Shown one piece after another: positions 22,281 to 30,983 of a stretch of DNA of 64,000 nucleotides. Position numbers and translations under genes: made by a program. Each line of letters opens with the position of its first letter. Position 1 is the stretch's first letter. Source of the DNA: an uncultured Oscillospiraceae bacterium (GTDB lineage: Bacteria; Bacillota; Clostridia; Oscillospirales; Oscillospiraceae); contig CAJUPS010000008.1 in the NCBI GenBank assembly GCA_910588045.1, positions 4,012 through 68,011 of the forward strand, read 5' to 3'. The notes under the pieces are model-generated. The model did not search any database. It saw nothing but the letters and a program-made list of their open reading frames with translations, and was not told where the DNA came from.

Positions 22281-22988
22281 ATGGGCGGGAACATCCTGGA
22301 GCTGCAAAATCTCTGCGCCTGGTACAGCGAGGGGAAGAACGTGCTGTCGGACTTCTCCCTCCAGCTGCGCCGCCACGAGGTGGTAGGACTGATTGGCCTC
22401 AACGGGGCCGGGAAGACTACCTTCCTGAAAACCCTGTCCGGTCTGCATGAGGGGTTCCGCTGCGACGGCATCTATTGGGGCGGCCGACCGACCGCCTTCC
22501 GGGACAGGGGGTTCAAGCTAAGTCGATACACCGTCTTTGCCGAGGACAACTCCTTCCAGTATTTCACCTTCCGGGAGTACCTGTCCTATGCGGCGGCGGC
22601 GTACAAGAAGGCGCTGCCGGATGCGGCGGAGCTGGTACGTGGCTTTCACTTTGAGGACTACACCGACACGCTGCTGAAGGACCTGTCCACCGGCAGCAAG
22701 AAAAAGGCGTTTCTCATTACCGCCTTTGCCCTGAAGCCGGAGCTGCTTCTGCTGGATGAGCCGGTGAACGGACTGGACTTTCAGAGCACGGAGTACCTGT
22801 ACAAACTGATGGCCGGGTACAAGGAGCATGGGACGCTCCTCTTCTCCTCCCACGTCCTGGAGAGCATCACCCTGACCTCCGACCGGGTGCTGGTACTGGA
22901 GGACGGGCAGATCCGTCGGAACTTTGCGGGCGGCGAAATCAGCGCCGCGAACATTCGGGAGGCCCTGCATGATGAAAATGAGCTTTGA
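22281..22988 (+). CDS. ABC transporter ATP-binding protein
   Basis: Walker A GLNGAGKTT, signature LSTGSKKKA and Walker B LLLLDEP. Confidence 0.85.
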   Translation: MGGNILELQNLCAWYSEGKNVLSDFSLQLRRHEVVGLIGLNGAGKTTFLKTLSGLHEGFRCDGIYWGGRPTAFRDRGFKLSRYTVFAEDNSFQYFTFREYLSYAAAAYKKALPDAAELVRGFHFEDYTDTLLKDLSTGSKKKAFLITAFALKPELLLLDEPVNGLDFQSTEYLYKLMAGYKEHGTLLFSSHVLESITLTSDRVLVLEDGQIRRNFAGGEISAANIREALHDENEL

Positions 22989-23988
22989 AGTGACGGCCAG
23001 GAAGCTGTTTGGCGTCAGATATGAGCGGCTGACCAGGACGCTCTTTCTGGAGCTGGTGATCTTCTGGGGGCTGCACATCTCCGGGTTCCGAATGGAGATC
23101 GCCCCCTCCATCCTGTACCTGATGTCCGCCGCCTTCTCCGCCGGGCTCATGTGGCAGGCCCTCTCCGCCGGGGACAACCGGACCAACATGGAGAATATGT
23201 TCATGCTCCCCTTTGAAGGCCGGAGTCTGATCGTCTCCTATGTGGCCGCCCTGGGGACCTACACCCTGCTGACCCGGACCGCCGGACTGCTGGCAGTTGT
23301 ATGGGCGGTCTCTGACTGGCGCTGGACGGAGATTCTGGTGAGTATCCTCTGCGCCCTGGCCGCCATTGTGGCCGCGTCCTGCCTCTATCCCCTGCGCCTG
23401 GGACGCTCGGACGCCTACGCCTTTTATGTCCAGCCGACCGGCCGTAGGCGGACGGTAAAAGTCCACCGCCGCCCCTCCGTGTGGCGCTATCTGTTCCGCT
23501 ACCTGATGGGACACAAGAATTATCTGGTCAACACCGCCGCTATGTGGGGCGTGGCCTGCGTCCTGCCGGTGCTGCTGGGACAGCTGGAGGCGCGGTTTGT
23601 CCTCCCCATCGGCTTTGCCATCCTCTCTCTGAACACCCCCATCTGCATCCTGCTGTCCTGCGATCCGGCGCTGGAACGGGCGGTGCGGTTTCTGCCGGGA
23701 CAGCAAACGGCGTTCTGCGTCCCCTACTGCCTGTTCATTTCTGTGTGTAATCTGGCCGCGGACATCGTTTTCCTGTGCAGCTGGCAAATCCAGGTCGGCG
23801 GGATCGCCCCGCGTTATGTTGTGATGGCCGCGTTCTTTGCCCTCCTGAGCGCAACCGGCTCCGTCCTGCTGGAGTGGTACTGCCCCATCCGGGGGTGGAA
23901 GATCGAAAGCGACCTCTGGCACCACCCGAGAAAATATGTTGTACCGGCTGTCATGCTCCTGCTGGCCGGATTGGTGAGCATGTTCTAA
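22969..23988 (+). CDS. Polytopic membrane protein, putative permease partner of the preceding ATPase
   Basis: ATG 22969 follows GGGAGG and overlaps the ATPase stop by 20 nt. About 339 aa with at least 8 hydrophobic segments and no recognisable family motif. Confidence 0.55.
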   Translation: MMKMSFEVTARKLFGVRYERLTRTLFLELVIFWGLHISGFRMEIAPSILYLMSAAFSAGLMWQALSAGDNRTNMENMFMLPFEGRSLIVSYVAALGTYTLLTRTAGLLAVVWAVSDWRWTEILVSILCALAAIVAASCLYPLRLGRSDAYAFYVQPTGRRRTVKVHRRPSVWRYLFRYLMGHKNYLVNTAAMWGVACVLPVLLGQLEARFVLPIGFAILSLNTPICILLSCDPALERAVRFLPGQQTAFCVPYCLFISVCNLAADIVFLCSWQIQVGGIAPRYVVMAAFFALLSATGSVLLEWYCPIRGWKIESDLWHHPRKYVVPAVMLLLAGLVSMF

Positions 23989-24143
23989 AAAAGTGGAGAC
24001 GCAAGGAGGCCATCCTGCGTCTCCGTTTTTCTTAATTTTTCCCTGATATGATTGTGAAAAGCCCTTCTTTCCTTTATACTGTTCCCAGAAGCACAATCCC
24101 CGGAGACTTCCCCAACTATTTTGTCAACATAGGAGGCAGAGAG

Positions 24144-24827
24144 ATGAATACGCAGATGATTTTGGACTACTTGACGGACCTGAGCGCCAACAATAACCGG
24201 GAATGGTATCACGCCCACAAGGCCGCGTACCAGGCGGCCAATGCACAATTTGAGGAACTGCTCCAGGCGCTGATCCTCCGAATCGGGGAATTTGACGGCA
24301 GCATTCTCGGCCACGCCCCCAAGGACCTGACCTTCAAGCTGGTTCGGGACACCAGATTCAGCCACGACAAATCCCCCTACAACCCCGCATTCCGGGCGCA
24401 CATCTCGTCCATGGGAAAGCTGCCGATCCCGGTGGGCTACTACCTGATGCTCAAGCCGGGCGGACGATCCTTCCTGGGCGGCGGTCTGTTCGCGGATATG
24501 TTCAAGGATGCCACCAGGATGGTGCGGGACTATATCTCGGAGCATGGCGGCAAGTGGGAGGCAGTCATCACCGCCCCCTCTTTTCAGGAGTGCTTCACCG
24601 TGAGCGGTACTGCTCTGAAAAATGTTCCGGCCGGATACGACAAGGAGCATCCCCAGGCGGCGTATTTGAAATATAAGAGCTGGTATCTGGAATATCCGCT
24701 CCAGGACGAGGCGCTTGCAGACAGTGAGGGGTTCCTGTCCCATGCGGTGGACATCTTCCGTCGGATGAAGCCATTCAATGATTATCTGAACCGCGCCCTT
24801 GTGGACTTCAAAATGCCGGAGAGATAG
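24144..24827 (+). CDS. DUF2461 (TIGR02453)-family protein
   Basis: ATG 24144 follows AGGAGG. The N-terminus ...LSANNNREWYHAHKAAYQ... and FRIxRDTRFSxDKSPYK-like motifs (VRDTRFSHDKSPYN) are typical of that family, recalled from memory. Confidence 0.6.
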   Translation: MNTQMILDYLTDLSANNNREWYHAHKAAYQAANAQFEELLQALILRIGEFDGSILGHAPKDLTFKLVRDTRFSHDKSPYNPAFRAHISSMGKLPIPVGYYLMLKPGGRSFLGGGLFADMFKDATRMVRDYISEHGGKWEAVITAPSFQECFTVSGTALKNVPAGYDKEHPQAAYLKYKSWYLEYPLQDEALADSEGFLSHAVDIFRRMKPFNDYLNRALVDFKMPER

Positions 24828-24875
24828 GCCCACCGGGCAAGTCCGCGGATACTCAAACCGCATAGAAGCGAAAAA

Positions 24876-24908
24876 GCATTTCATGACACTCAGAGCGCAT
24901 TTCATGAC
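24876..24908 (+). promoter_or_regulatory. Perfect 12-bp direct repeat with a 21-bp period (candidate regulator binding site)
   Basis: GCATTTCATGAC occurs at 24876-24887 and again at 24897-24908, about 85-115 bp upstream of ATG 24993. Confidence 0.4.
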
Positions 24909-24992
24909 GAAAGCCTTGCAGCGGTCCGCTTTCCCCGATAAACTGAATGAAGCAGCGCTTAACAACATCTATATCCAGAAAGGGGAACGGAC

Positions 24993-25517
24993 ATGAACAT
25001 ACAGACAACGGAAGGGCTCAGGATGCCGATTTCTGGTGCGAACGCGGTTTCAGCTTCGACTGCGGCTGAGAAGATACTGGGAGTACCCCAGGTTCAGAGG
25101 CCGGAGGAGGAGACCCCGCAGCGGAAGCCCGTGATGGACGAATACGTTCCGGAGGAACCCCAGGCGCCATCCGGACGCTACTGGCTGGGCAGGGACGGGG
25201 ACGGGCAGCCCAAGATTTATTTCGACGACCCGGAGCGGGCGGCGGAGGGACCCGAGCAGGCCAATCAGGGAGCGAAAGGCCCGGAGAGGAACGACGGCGA
25301 AGAGGAGCGCTGGGCCTGTGATACCGGCAAGGCAGACCGCGAAATCGAAAAGCTGAAAAGGAAGCGGCAGGAGTTGGAGCAGCAGCTCAATACCGAGACC
25401 GACGAGGCCAAGATCAAGGATCTGGAGCGCCAGCTGGCCCAGGTGGAACAGGAGCTGAAGCAGAAGGACAACGATACCTACCGGAAGCAGCACGCCGCAT
25501 TCACACAGCTCTCTTAA
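24993..25517 (+). CDS. Hypothetical acidic/coiled-coil protein (FlxA-like C-terminus)
   Basis: 174 aa with a low-complexity Pro/Glu-rich middle. The C-terminal heptad region KLKRKRQELEQQLNTETDEAKIKDLERQLAQVEQELKQK resembles FlxA-like proteins. Confidence 0.5.
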   Translation: MNIQTTEGLRMPISGANAVSASTAAEKILGVPQVQRPEEETPQRKPVMDEYVPEEPQAPSGRYWLGRDGDGQPKIYFDDPERAAEGPEQANQGAKGPERNDGEEERWACDTGKADREIEKLKRKRQELEQQLNTETDEAKIKDLERQLAQVEQELKQKDNDTYRKQHAAFTQLS

Positions 25518-25549
25518 TCCTCAGTACAAATCGTTTTTGACACGCAGAA

Positions 25550-25587
25550 GAGGTCCTGCCGCAAAGTCAGTTTTGCAGCAGGACCTC
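25550..25587. terminator. Bidirectional terminator between convergent genes
   Basis: 10-bp stem GAGGTCCTGC / GCAGGACCTC with A/T tracts on both sides. Confidence 0.55.
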
Positions 25588-25603
25588 TCTGTCGAAAAAA
25601 GAA

Positions 25604-26854
25604 TTACCGCGCCATCATTTCCTCGATTTCCTCCACCCGAAGCAGGCGGTCGCCGGTCAGATCCTCCGGCGCGTTCTCCGTCACCAGAATGTCGTTCTCC
25701 AAGCGGATACCGATCCCCTCCTCCGCCACGTACAGCCCGGGCTCACAGGTGATGACCATGCCCGGTTCATAGACCAGGCGGTCGCTGGGGTCGTGGGTGT
25801 CCAGTCCCAGGGAGTGGGAGACGCCATGGTAATAGTATTTGGAGACCTCGCTGTCGTCGCTGATAAGCCCCGCCGTCCGCAGGGCCTTCTTATAAAAGTC
25901 AATGACCGCCTGGTTGGATTCCTTGACGGCCACGCCGGGACGCATCTTCTCCCTGGCAACCTCCATGGCCTCCCGGACGATGCCGAACAGCTCCTTTTGC
26001 CTGTCGGTGAACTTCCCGCCTACGGGGAACGTCCGGGACACGTCGGCAGAATAGTACCCGTATTCCGCCCCCAGATCCACCAGCAGCAGGTCGCCGTCCC
26101 TGGCTATGCAGTTGTTGTCGGAGTAGTGGAGCATCACCGCGTTCTCCCCGGCGGCGGCGATGGTCTCGAAGCCGTGGCGCAGTCCGCTGCGGGCCACGTA
26201 GTGCTCGTAGTCCGCCTGCCACTGGTACTCGTACTCGCCGGGGCGGGCGCTCTGGAGCATATGCCTGAGCGCCTCGATGGTCACATCGCCCGCCCTGCGG
26301 ATACACGCGACCTCCTCCGGAGTCTTGACGGCGCGCAGGGAGGCGATCTCCCGCGCGATGTTCCGGATCTGCACTGCGGGGAACTTCTCCCGGATGGTCC
26401 GGGCGTACTCCTCCGCGGGGGTGGGCGCGGCCTTCATGGACAGGCGGTCGAAGGAGAAATACACATCCGACACGCCTGTCGCCAGCCGGGCCAGCGGCGA
26501 GGTCACATAGCTGTCCAGCTCCGGCATATAGTGGACCCTATCGGCCTTGAGGCCGCTGCGCTCGCTGGCGCGCTCCTTGGTCAGCATTTTCCCGTTCCAC
26601 TTGATCGTGTAGTCATCGGGCTCGTCAATAAACAGGTGCATAAATTCGCCGCGGGCGTTCTTGCTCATCAGCAGCCAGACATTCTGGGTGTCGATACCGG
26701 TCATGTAGTAGAAGTTCCGGTTCACGGAAAAGGGGCTCATGTCCTGGTCGTTGCTCTTGACCGGGGCCGTCCCGGAGTACAGCAGCACCATACTGCCCTC
26801 CTCCAGCTTCTCCATCAGCCGCCGGCGGTTATTGCTAAAAAATTCAGCGTTCAT
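25604..26854 (-). CDS. pepP: Xaa-Pro aminopeptidase (M24B family)
   Basis: Creatinase/prolidase N-terminal domain plus an M24 fold with metal ligands (DLGAEYGYYSADVSRT, HGVSHSLGLDTHD, EPGLY). Confidence 0.85.
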   Translation of the reverse strand: MNAEFFSNNRRRLMEKLEEGSMVLLYSGTAPVKSNDQDMSPFSVNRNFYYMTGIDTQNVWLLMSKNARGEFMHLFIDEPDDYTIKWNGKMLTKERASERSGLKADRVHYMPELDSYVTSPLARLATGVSDVYFSFDRLSMKAAPTPAEEYARTIREKFPAVQIRNIAREIASLRAVKTPEEVACIRRAGDVTIEALRHMLQSARPGEYEYQWQADYEHYVARSGLRHGFETIAAAGENAVMLHYSDNNCIARDGDLLLVDLGAEYGYYSADVSRTFPVGGKFTDRQKELFGIVREAMEVAREKMRPGVAVKESNQAVIDFYKKALRTAGLISDDSEVSKYYYHGVSHSLGLDTHDPSDRLVYEPGMVITCEPGLYVAEEGIGIRLENDILVTENAPEDLTGDRLLRVEEIEEMMAR

Positions 26855-26904
26855 CGTAGACCTCCTGTAATTATCAAAATGTGTGGCCCCTAAGGAGTCA
26901 CATT

Positions 26905-28449
26905 TTATTCCTCATCCTCGCCCATGACGGCATCCGCTTCCTCCTCCGCCAAACGCACCGTCCACTGTTCCATGCCCTGGAACACATAGGACGGCGCGGG
27001 CGCAAGGCCCTCCACCACATCCGGATAGGTCAGCACGGTATAATTCCGGAAGCAGATGGGCGCAATGGGCGTAAAGCTGCGCAGATGGCTGTACAGCCGC
27101 GCGGCCGTCTCCTGCCGGTTCTCCGCCCCGGCGAAGAGCTGGAGCAGAATGTCCGTGGTTTCCCGGGTATATCCGCCATAGTTGAGCGTCCCCTCCGTGC
27201 CGATCAGATCGGTGAGGTCCCAGTCGGCGGTGAGGCGCACCTCGCCCAGATACAGGTCGAACTCCCCCGCCTCCAGCGCCGCCAGGTATGCCTCCCAGGG
27301 CTGCTCCTCCACGGTGATCTGCCACCCCAGCTTGTTGAGCTCCCCGGCGATAAACCGGGCCTCCGCCGCGCGGAAGGCGTCCCCCCCGCCCACCAGGAGC
27401 TTGAGGGGCTCTCTCCCGGCGGCGGGCGGCTGTACCTCCTCCCAGGGCTGCTCCAGCTCCTTGGGATAGAGGGGCGAGGCGGGGTGCACGGGGAACTGCG
27501 CCGCCTGGGCCAACCCGACCAGCTGGGCGCTCACCAGGGTCTCCCGGTCGATGCTCCGGCTCAACTGGGCGCGGAGAGCTTCGTCCGCGAAGGGCCTCCC
27601 CTCCCCAGTGTTGAAGCCGATAAACTGCATGATGGCGGTGGGCTGCACCGTGGCCTGCACCCGGCCGCTGACCATCGAGGGCGTATCGGCGGGGTCCGTG
27701 GGCAGCATCTCCACCTGCCGGGTCTCAAACAGGTACAGCGCGGTCTCCTGGTCCTTGGCGGGCACCAGGGGGATGGTCTTCAGCGGCAGATCGGTCCCCT
27801 CCCGGGCCCGGAGGGATTCCGCCCCGTTCTCCCCCTCCAGTACATAGGGCCCCGTCCCCAGCGGGACCCGCTCTCCGGCGGTGGTCCGCTTGACAATGGG
27901 GATGTCCAGCAGGGCCGGGAGGCCCCGATCCGGCGCCGTCAGCGTGACCGTCACCGTCTGTCCTCTGCGGCCGGCCGCCACCGATGCCACATTCCGCAGT
28001 CGGTAGGCATACCGCTCCGATACCATGGCCCGCTGGAGGGTCTCCTCCACATCCCGGGCGGTGAGGGCCGAACCATCGGAGAAAACCACGTCCTCCCGCA
28101 CCGTCAGGGTGCACACCAGGCCGCTCTCGTCCCAGGCATAGCTCTCACAGAGCACGGGCACCGGCTCAAAATGCTCGTCCAGTCGGAAAAGGGGCTCGTA
28201 GAGCAGCGACGCCACCATCTCTTGGAAGCCCTCCCCACCCTCCACCGGGTCCAGCGTCATATTCCGGCAGTAGGGCAGCGAAAACGCGGCAGGATATGCC
28301 GGTTCCTCCGGCTCCTCCTCCTGTGGTTCCTCCGGCAGGAACTGCTGATAGTCCCCCCACTCCTCCTCGGGCGCCTCCGGCTCCGCCAGCGCGGCGCAGC
28401 CGGACAGCAGCAGCAAGGCCGTCAGCAGCAGAACCAGCAGCCGCCTCAT
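26905..28449 (-). CDS. Family-5 (peptide/nickel, OppA/DppA-like) ABC substrate-binding lipoprotein
   Basis: Start reset to ATG 28449 (MRRLLVLLLTALLLLSGC, with a lipobox). It makes an ATGA overlap with the upstream pgeF stop. Confidence 0.75.
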   Translation of the reverse strand: MRRLLVLLLTALLLLSGCAALAEPEAPEEEWGDYQQFLPEEPQEEEPEEPAYPAAFSLPYCRNMTLDPVEGGEGFQEMVASLLYEPLFRLDEHFEPVPVLCESYAWDESGLVCTLTVREDVVFSDGSALTARDVEETLQRAMVSERYAYRLRNVASVAAGRRGQTVTVTLTAPDRGLPALLDIPIVKRTTAGERVPLGTGPYVLEGENGAESLRAREGTDLPLKTIPLVPAKDQETALYLFETRQVEMLPTDPADTPSMVSGRVQATVQPTAIMQFIGFNTGEGRPFADEALRAQLSRSIDRETLVSAQLVGLAQAAQFPVHPASPLYPKELEQPWEEVQPPAAGREPLKLLVGGGDAFRAAEARFIAGELNKLGWQITVEEQPWEAYLAALEAGEFDLYLGEVRLTADWDLTDLIGTEGTLNYGGYTRETTDILLQLFAGAENRQETAARLYSHLRSFTPIAPICFRNYTVLTYPDVVEGLAPAPSYVFQGMEQWTVRLAEEEADAVMGEDEE

Positions 28450-29273
28450 ACGACCCCCTCCGGCTTCAGGCCGATGAGCGCCCCCTGGAGGCCCCGTTTG
28501 TTTCCGAAAATGCGGTGGCTCCAGTAGAGGTCCGTGTGGCAGGCGGTGCAGGTGGCGCAGACGTCGATCTGCCCCGGGTCCACGCCCTCCTCCCGCAGAC
28601 GCCAGGCGTTGACGCCCTTCAGGTCCACGGTCCACTTCGCCCCCCTGGGCCGGATATACGCCTCCACGCCGCCGCCGAAGGCGGTGCGCATGGCGTCCGG
28701 CACGTCGTCGTGGGTCTCGAAGCAGCAGGGCCCGATGCCCGCGCCGATGGCCACCCGGACATCCCCCGGTTTGGTCCCGAAGAGGCGGCCCATCTCGCGG
28801 ACCGCCTTGGCGGGGAGGTCCAGGGCGGTGCCCCTCCAGCCCGCGTGGACCGCGCCGATGGAGCGCGTCACGGGGTCGTGGAGCAGTAGGATGATACAGT
28901 CCGCCGAGAAGACCATCAGGTTCAGCCCCGGCTCACTGGTGACCAGGGCGTCGGCGGTGTAGTCCCTGGGGACAAAGATCCCCTTGCCCCGGTCTGCGCC
29001 GGTGACGTGCCGCACCGTGTCCTCATGGACCTGCTTGGACCGGACCACGTTTTGGACGTCCGTCCCCAGGGCCCCGCAGAAGCGCCGGTAGTTCTCCAGG
29101 ACGTTCTCCCAGCTGTCCGGTTCCGAACCGTGCTTTTGGAAATTCATGGAAGCGAAATGCTCTTCGCTGACGCCTCCCAGGCGGGTGGAAAAGCCGTGGG
29201 TCACGCCGGGGGCGTCCAGGATGGACGAGGTGTGATAGACCACGCCGCCGTGGTCGTGGGTTTGAAACGACAT
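28446..29273 (-). CDS. pgeF: Peptidoglycan editing factor PgeF / YfiH (laccase-domain, DUF152) family protein
   Basis: Motifs HGFSTRLGGVS, ADCIILLL and AVHAGWRGT. ATG 29273 follows GGAGG. Confidence 0.85.
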   Translation of the reverse strand: MSFQTHDHGGVVYHTSSILDAPGVTHGFSTRLGGVSEEHFASMNFQKHGSEPDSWENVLENYRRFCGALGTDVQNVVRSKQVHEDTVRHVTGADRGKGIFVPRDYTADALVTSEPGLNLMVFSADCIILLLHDPVTRSIGAVHAGWRGTALDLPAKAVREMGRLFGTKPGDVRVAIGAGIGPCCFETHDDVPDAMRTAFGGGVEAYIRPRGAKWTVDLKGVNAWRLREEGVDPGQIDVCATCTACHTDLYWSHRIFGNKRGLQGALIGLKPEGVV

Positions 29274-29281
29274 AGTGCCTC

Positions 29282-29806
29282 CTAGCTCTTCAAATAGTCC
29301 TCCCGCAGCAGGCCGTACCAGTAGAGGTCCAGCCATCTGCCCCGGCTGAGGCAGTGCTGCTTGAATACGCCCTCCCGGTGCAGGCCCAGCTTCTCCATCA
29401 GGCCCATGGAGCGGACCGTGTCCTCCGTCTCCGCCATGACCTTGTGGACCTCCCGCACCCGGAAGAGGTGGTCCATCAGCGCGGACACCGCCTCATAGGC
29501 GAAGCCCTGCCGCCAGAAGTTCCGGTGGAATATCCAGCCCAGCTCATAGATGCCGGGCTCGTCGATCTGGTTGCAGAGAAGATAGCCGATGAGCCGCCCG
29601 TCCTCCTTCCGGACGGCGGCGCAGGCCCCCGGCGTTTCCCGCTCCACGCAGAAGGTCCGCAGGAAGTCCCTGGTCTCCTCCTCCGTGTAGGGGGCCACGT
29701 GCTCCATGACCACCGGGTCCCCGAAGATCTCCCAGAGGGCGGCATGGTCCTCCATGGTAAACGGACGGATGATGAGGCGGGGTGTTTCGATGTGGATCGC
29801 TTTCAT
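29282..29806 (-). CDS. GNAT family N-acetyltransferase (RimJ/RimL-like)
   Basis: 174 aa with a RLIIRPFTMED... N-terminus and the acetyl-CoA motif WRQGFAYEA. Confidence 0.75.
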   Translation of the reverse strand: MKAIHIETPRLIIRPFTMEDHAALWEIFGDPVVMEHVAPYTEEETRDFLRTFCVERETPGACAAVRKEDGRLIGYLLCNQIDEPGIYELGWIFHRNFWRQGFAYEAVSALMDHLFRVREVHKVMAETEDTVRSMGLMEKLGLHREGVFKQHCLSRGRWLDLYWYGLLREDYLKS

Positions 29807-29832
29807 TCTATTTTCTCCTTTCTCCCAGGACG

Positions 29833-30438
29833 TCAGGACATTGCCTTTTTCATCCAGGTATCCAAAAACGCAAGCTGTTCCTCCGTATGAAACCAGTGCT
29901 CTCCGTTCTCCATGACAGTGAGATGCGCATTGTGATGCTCTATAAATCTGTTGACCGTTTGGCGTGATATGAGATGGTCGTTCCCCGCGTATAAAATCTC
30001 AGTGGGAACCCTCCATATGATCGGGTGCTCCCTCACAAAGCACAAATATTTCCAGGATAAGGTTTCTCCAAAGCTGGTGGGAATTTCTCCCCGCTCACGC
30101 AGCTCCGCTTCGGATACCTTCGCCCAGCCCATCATATCCAGTATGAGCCGTTCCATGTCGAGCACGGGTGACAGGAAAAGCGCTCTCTCAATATCGTACG
30201 CCTGTAGGGCGTGCATTGTGAAGTAAGCCCCGATACTGTTTGCTATCACATAGATGCAGCTATAGCTTTTGCGCACCTTGTCATACGCCGCCCGGATGGG
30301 CTCCTCCACGATCCACGGAAAATCGACGTCGTAATCTATCCCAACAATATCAAAGCCTAAACAATTCTTTCTATACCGTTCGGCCTCCTGGGAATTTCCG
30401 TCTTTTCCGTGGACATATAAAATCGCCTTTTTTGACAT
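29833..30438 (-). CDS. Alpha/beta hydrolase fold protein
   Basis: 201 aa with a nucleophile-elbow-like VIANSIGA (G/A-x-S-x-G) and a C-terminal His (GEHWFH). Visibly lower GC than its neighbours. Confidence 0.6.
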   Translation of the reverse strand: MSKKAILYVHGKDGNSQEAERYRKNCLGFDIVGIDYDVDFPWIVEEPIRAAYDKVRKSYSCIYVIANSIGAYFTMHALQAYDIERALFLSPVLDMERLILDMMGWAKVSEAELRERGEIPTSFGETLSWKYLCFVREHPIIWRVPTEILYAGNDHLISRQTVNRFIEHHNAHLTVMENGEHWFHTEEQLAFLDTWMKKAMS

Positions 30439-30501
30439 ATTGCCTCACCAACTTCCGAAAAAGCAGCGCGGGAGGCCGCCAGAAGCGGCCTCCCGGCAAA
30501 C

Positions 30502-30981
30502 TCATTTAATATGGGTATCCCACTTCCGGCAGAAGTCCGCGATCTCCACGATCACCTCGTCCTGGCAGTCCAGGGACAGGGGGATGGCGATCCCCACTTC
30601 TTTTCCGTACCGCCCGATCCGTCTGGGCAGCTCCTCCAGGTCCATCCCCGGGCGGTAGAGGTCCTCGGTGTAGTCCTCCACCCCGTAGACCTCGAAGGGC
30701 CAGGGGAGGTCCTTCCAGCCGAAGACCCGGGCCTGGTCGCAGTGGAGGTGGGCGTCGATGCAGATGCAGTCCAGCTCCAGCACCACGTCGCACCAGCGGC
30801 CCACCGTGATCACGGGGACCGGAAAGAGCTCCACCCGGTACTCCCCGTCCCGCAGGGAGCCGTGCATGTTGTACCAGCCCCACCGGGCGGTATACCCGGC
30901 CTCCGCCAGCAGCTTACCGATGGACTGTACCCGCCGGTACAGCATACCATATACGCCGTTGAGTGTCTCCCATACTTCCAT
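30502..30981 (-). CDS. Hypothetical protein coupled to the secA 3' end
   Basis: ATG 30981 lies 2 nt after the secA stop. 159 aa, Trp/Cys-rich, no family recognised. Confidence 0.5.
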   Translation of the reverse strand: MEVWETLNGVYGMLYRRVQSIGKLLAEAGYTARWGWYNMHGSLRDGEYRVELFPVPVITVGRWCDVVLELDCICIDAHLHCDQARVFGWKDLPWPFEVYGVEDYTEDLYRPGMDLEELPRRIGRYGKEVGIAIPLSLDCQDEVIVEIADFCRKWDTHIK

Positions 30982-30983
30982 AC

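Noticed and set aside
23985-24968. 327-aa minus-strand ORF opposite the DUF2461 gene, and 22939..24096 (385 aa) opposite the permease gene.
   Set aside because: These are antisense shadows with no SD. The sense-strand genes have good SDs and coherent TM or family features.
24799-24996. 65-aa plus-strand ORF covering the 12-bp direct repeats upstream of 24993.
   Set aside because: It has no SD and is basic and low-complexity. The duplicated peptide segment (HFMT) is just the translated DNA direct repeat.
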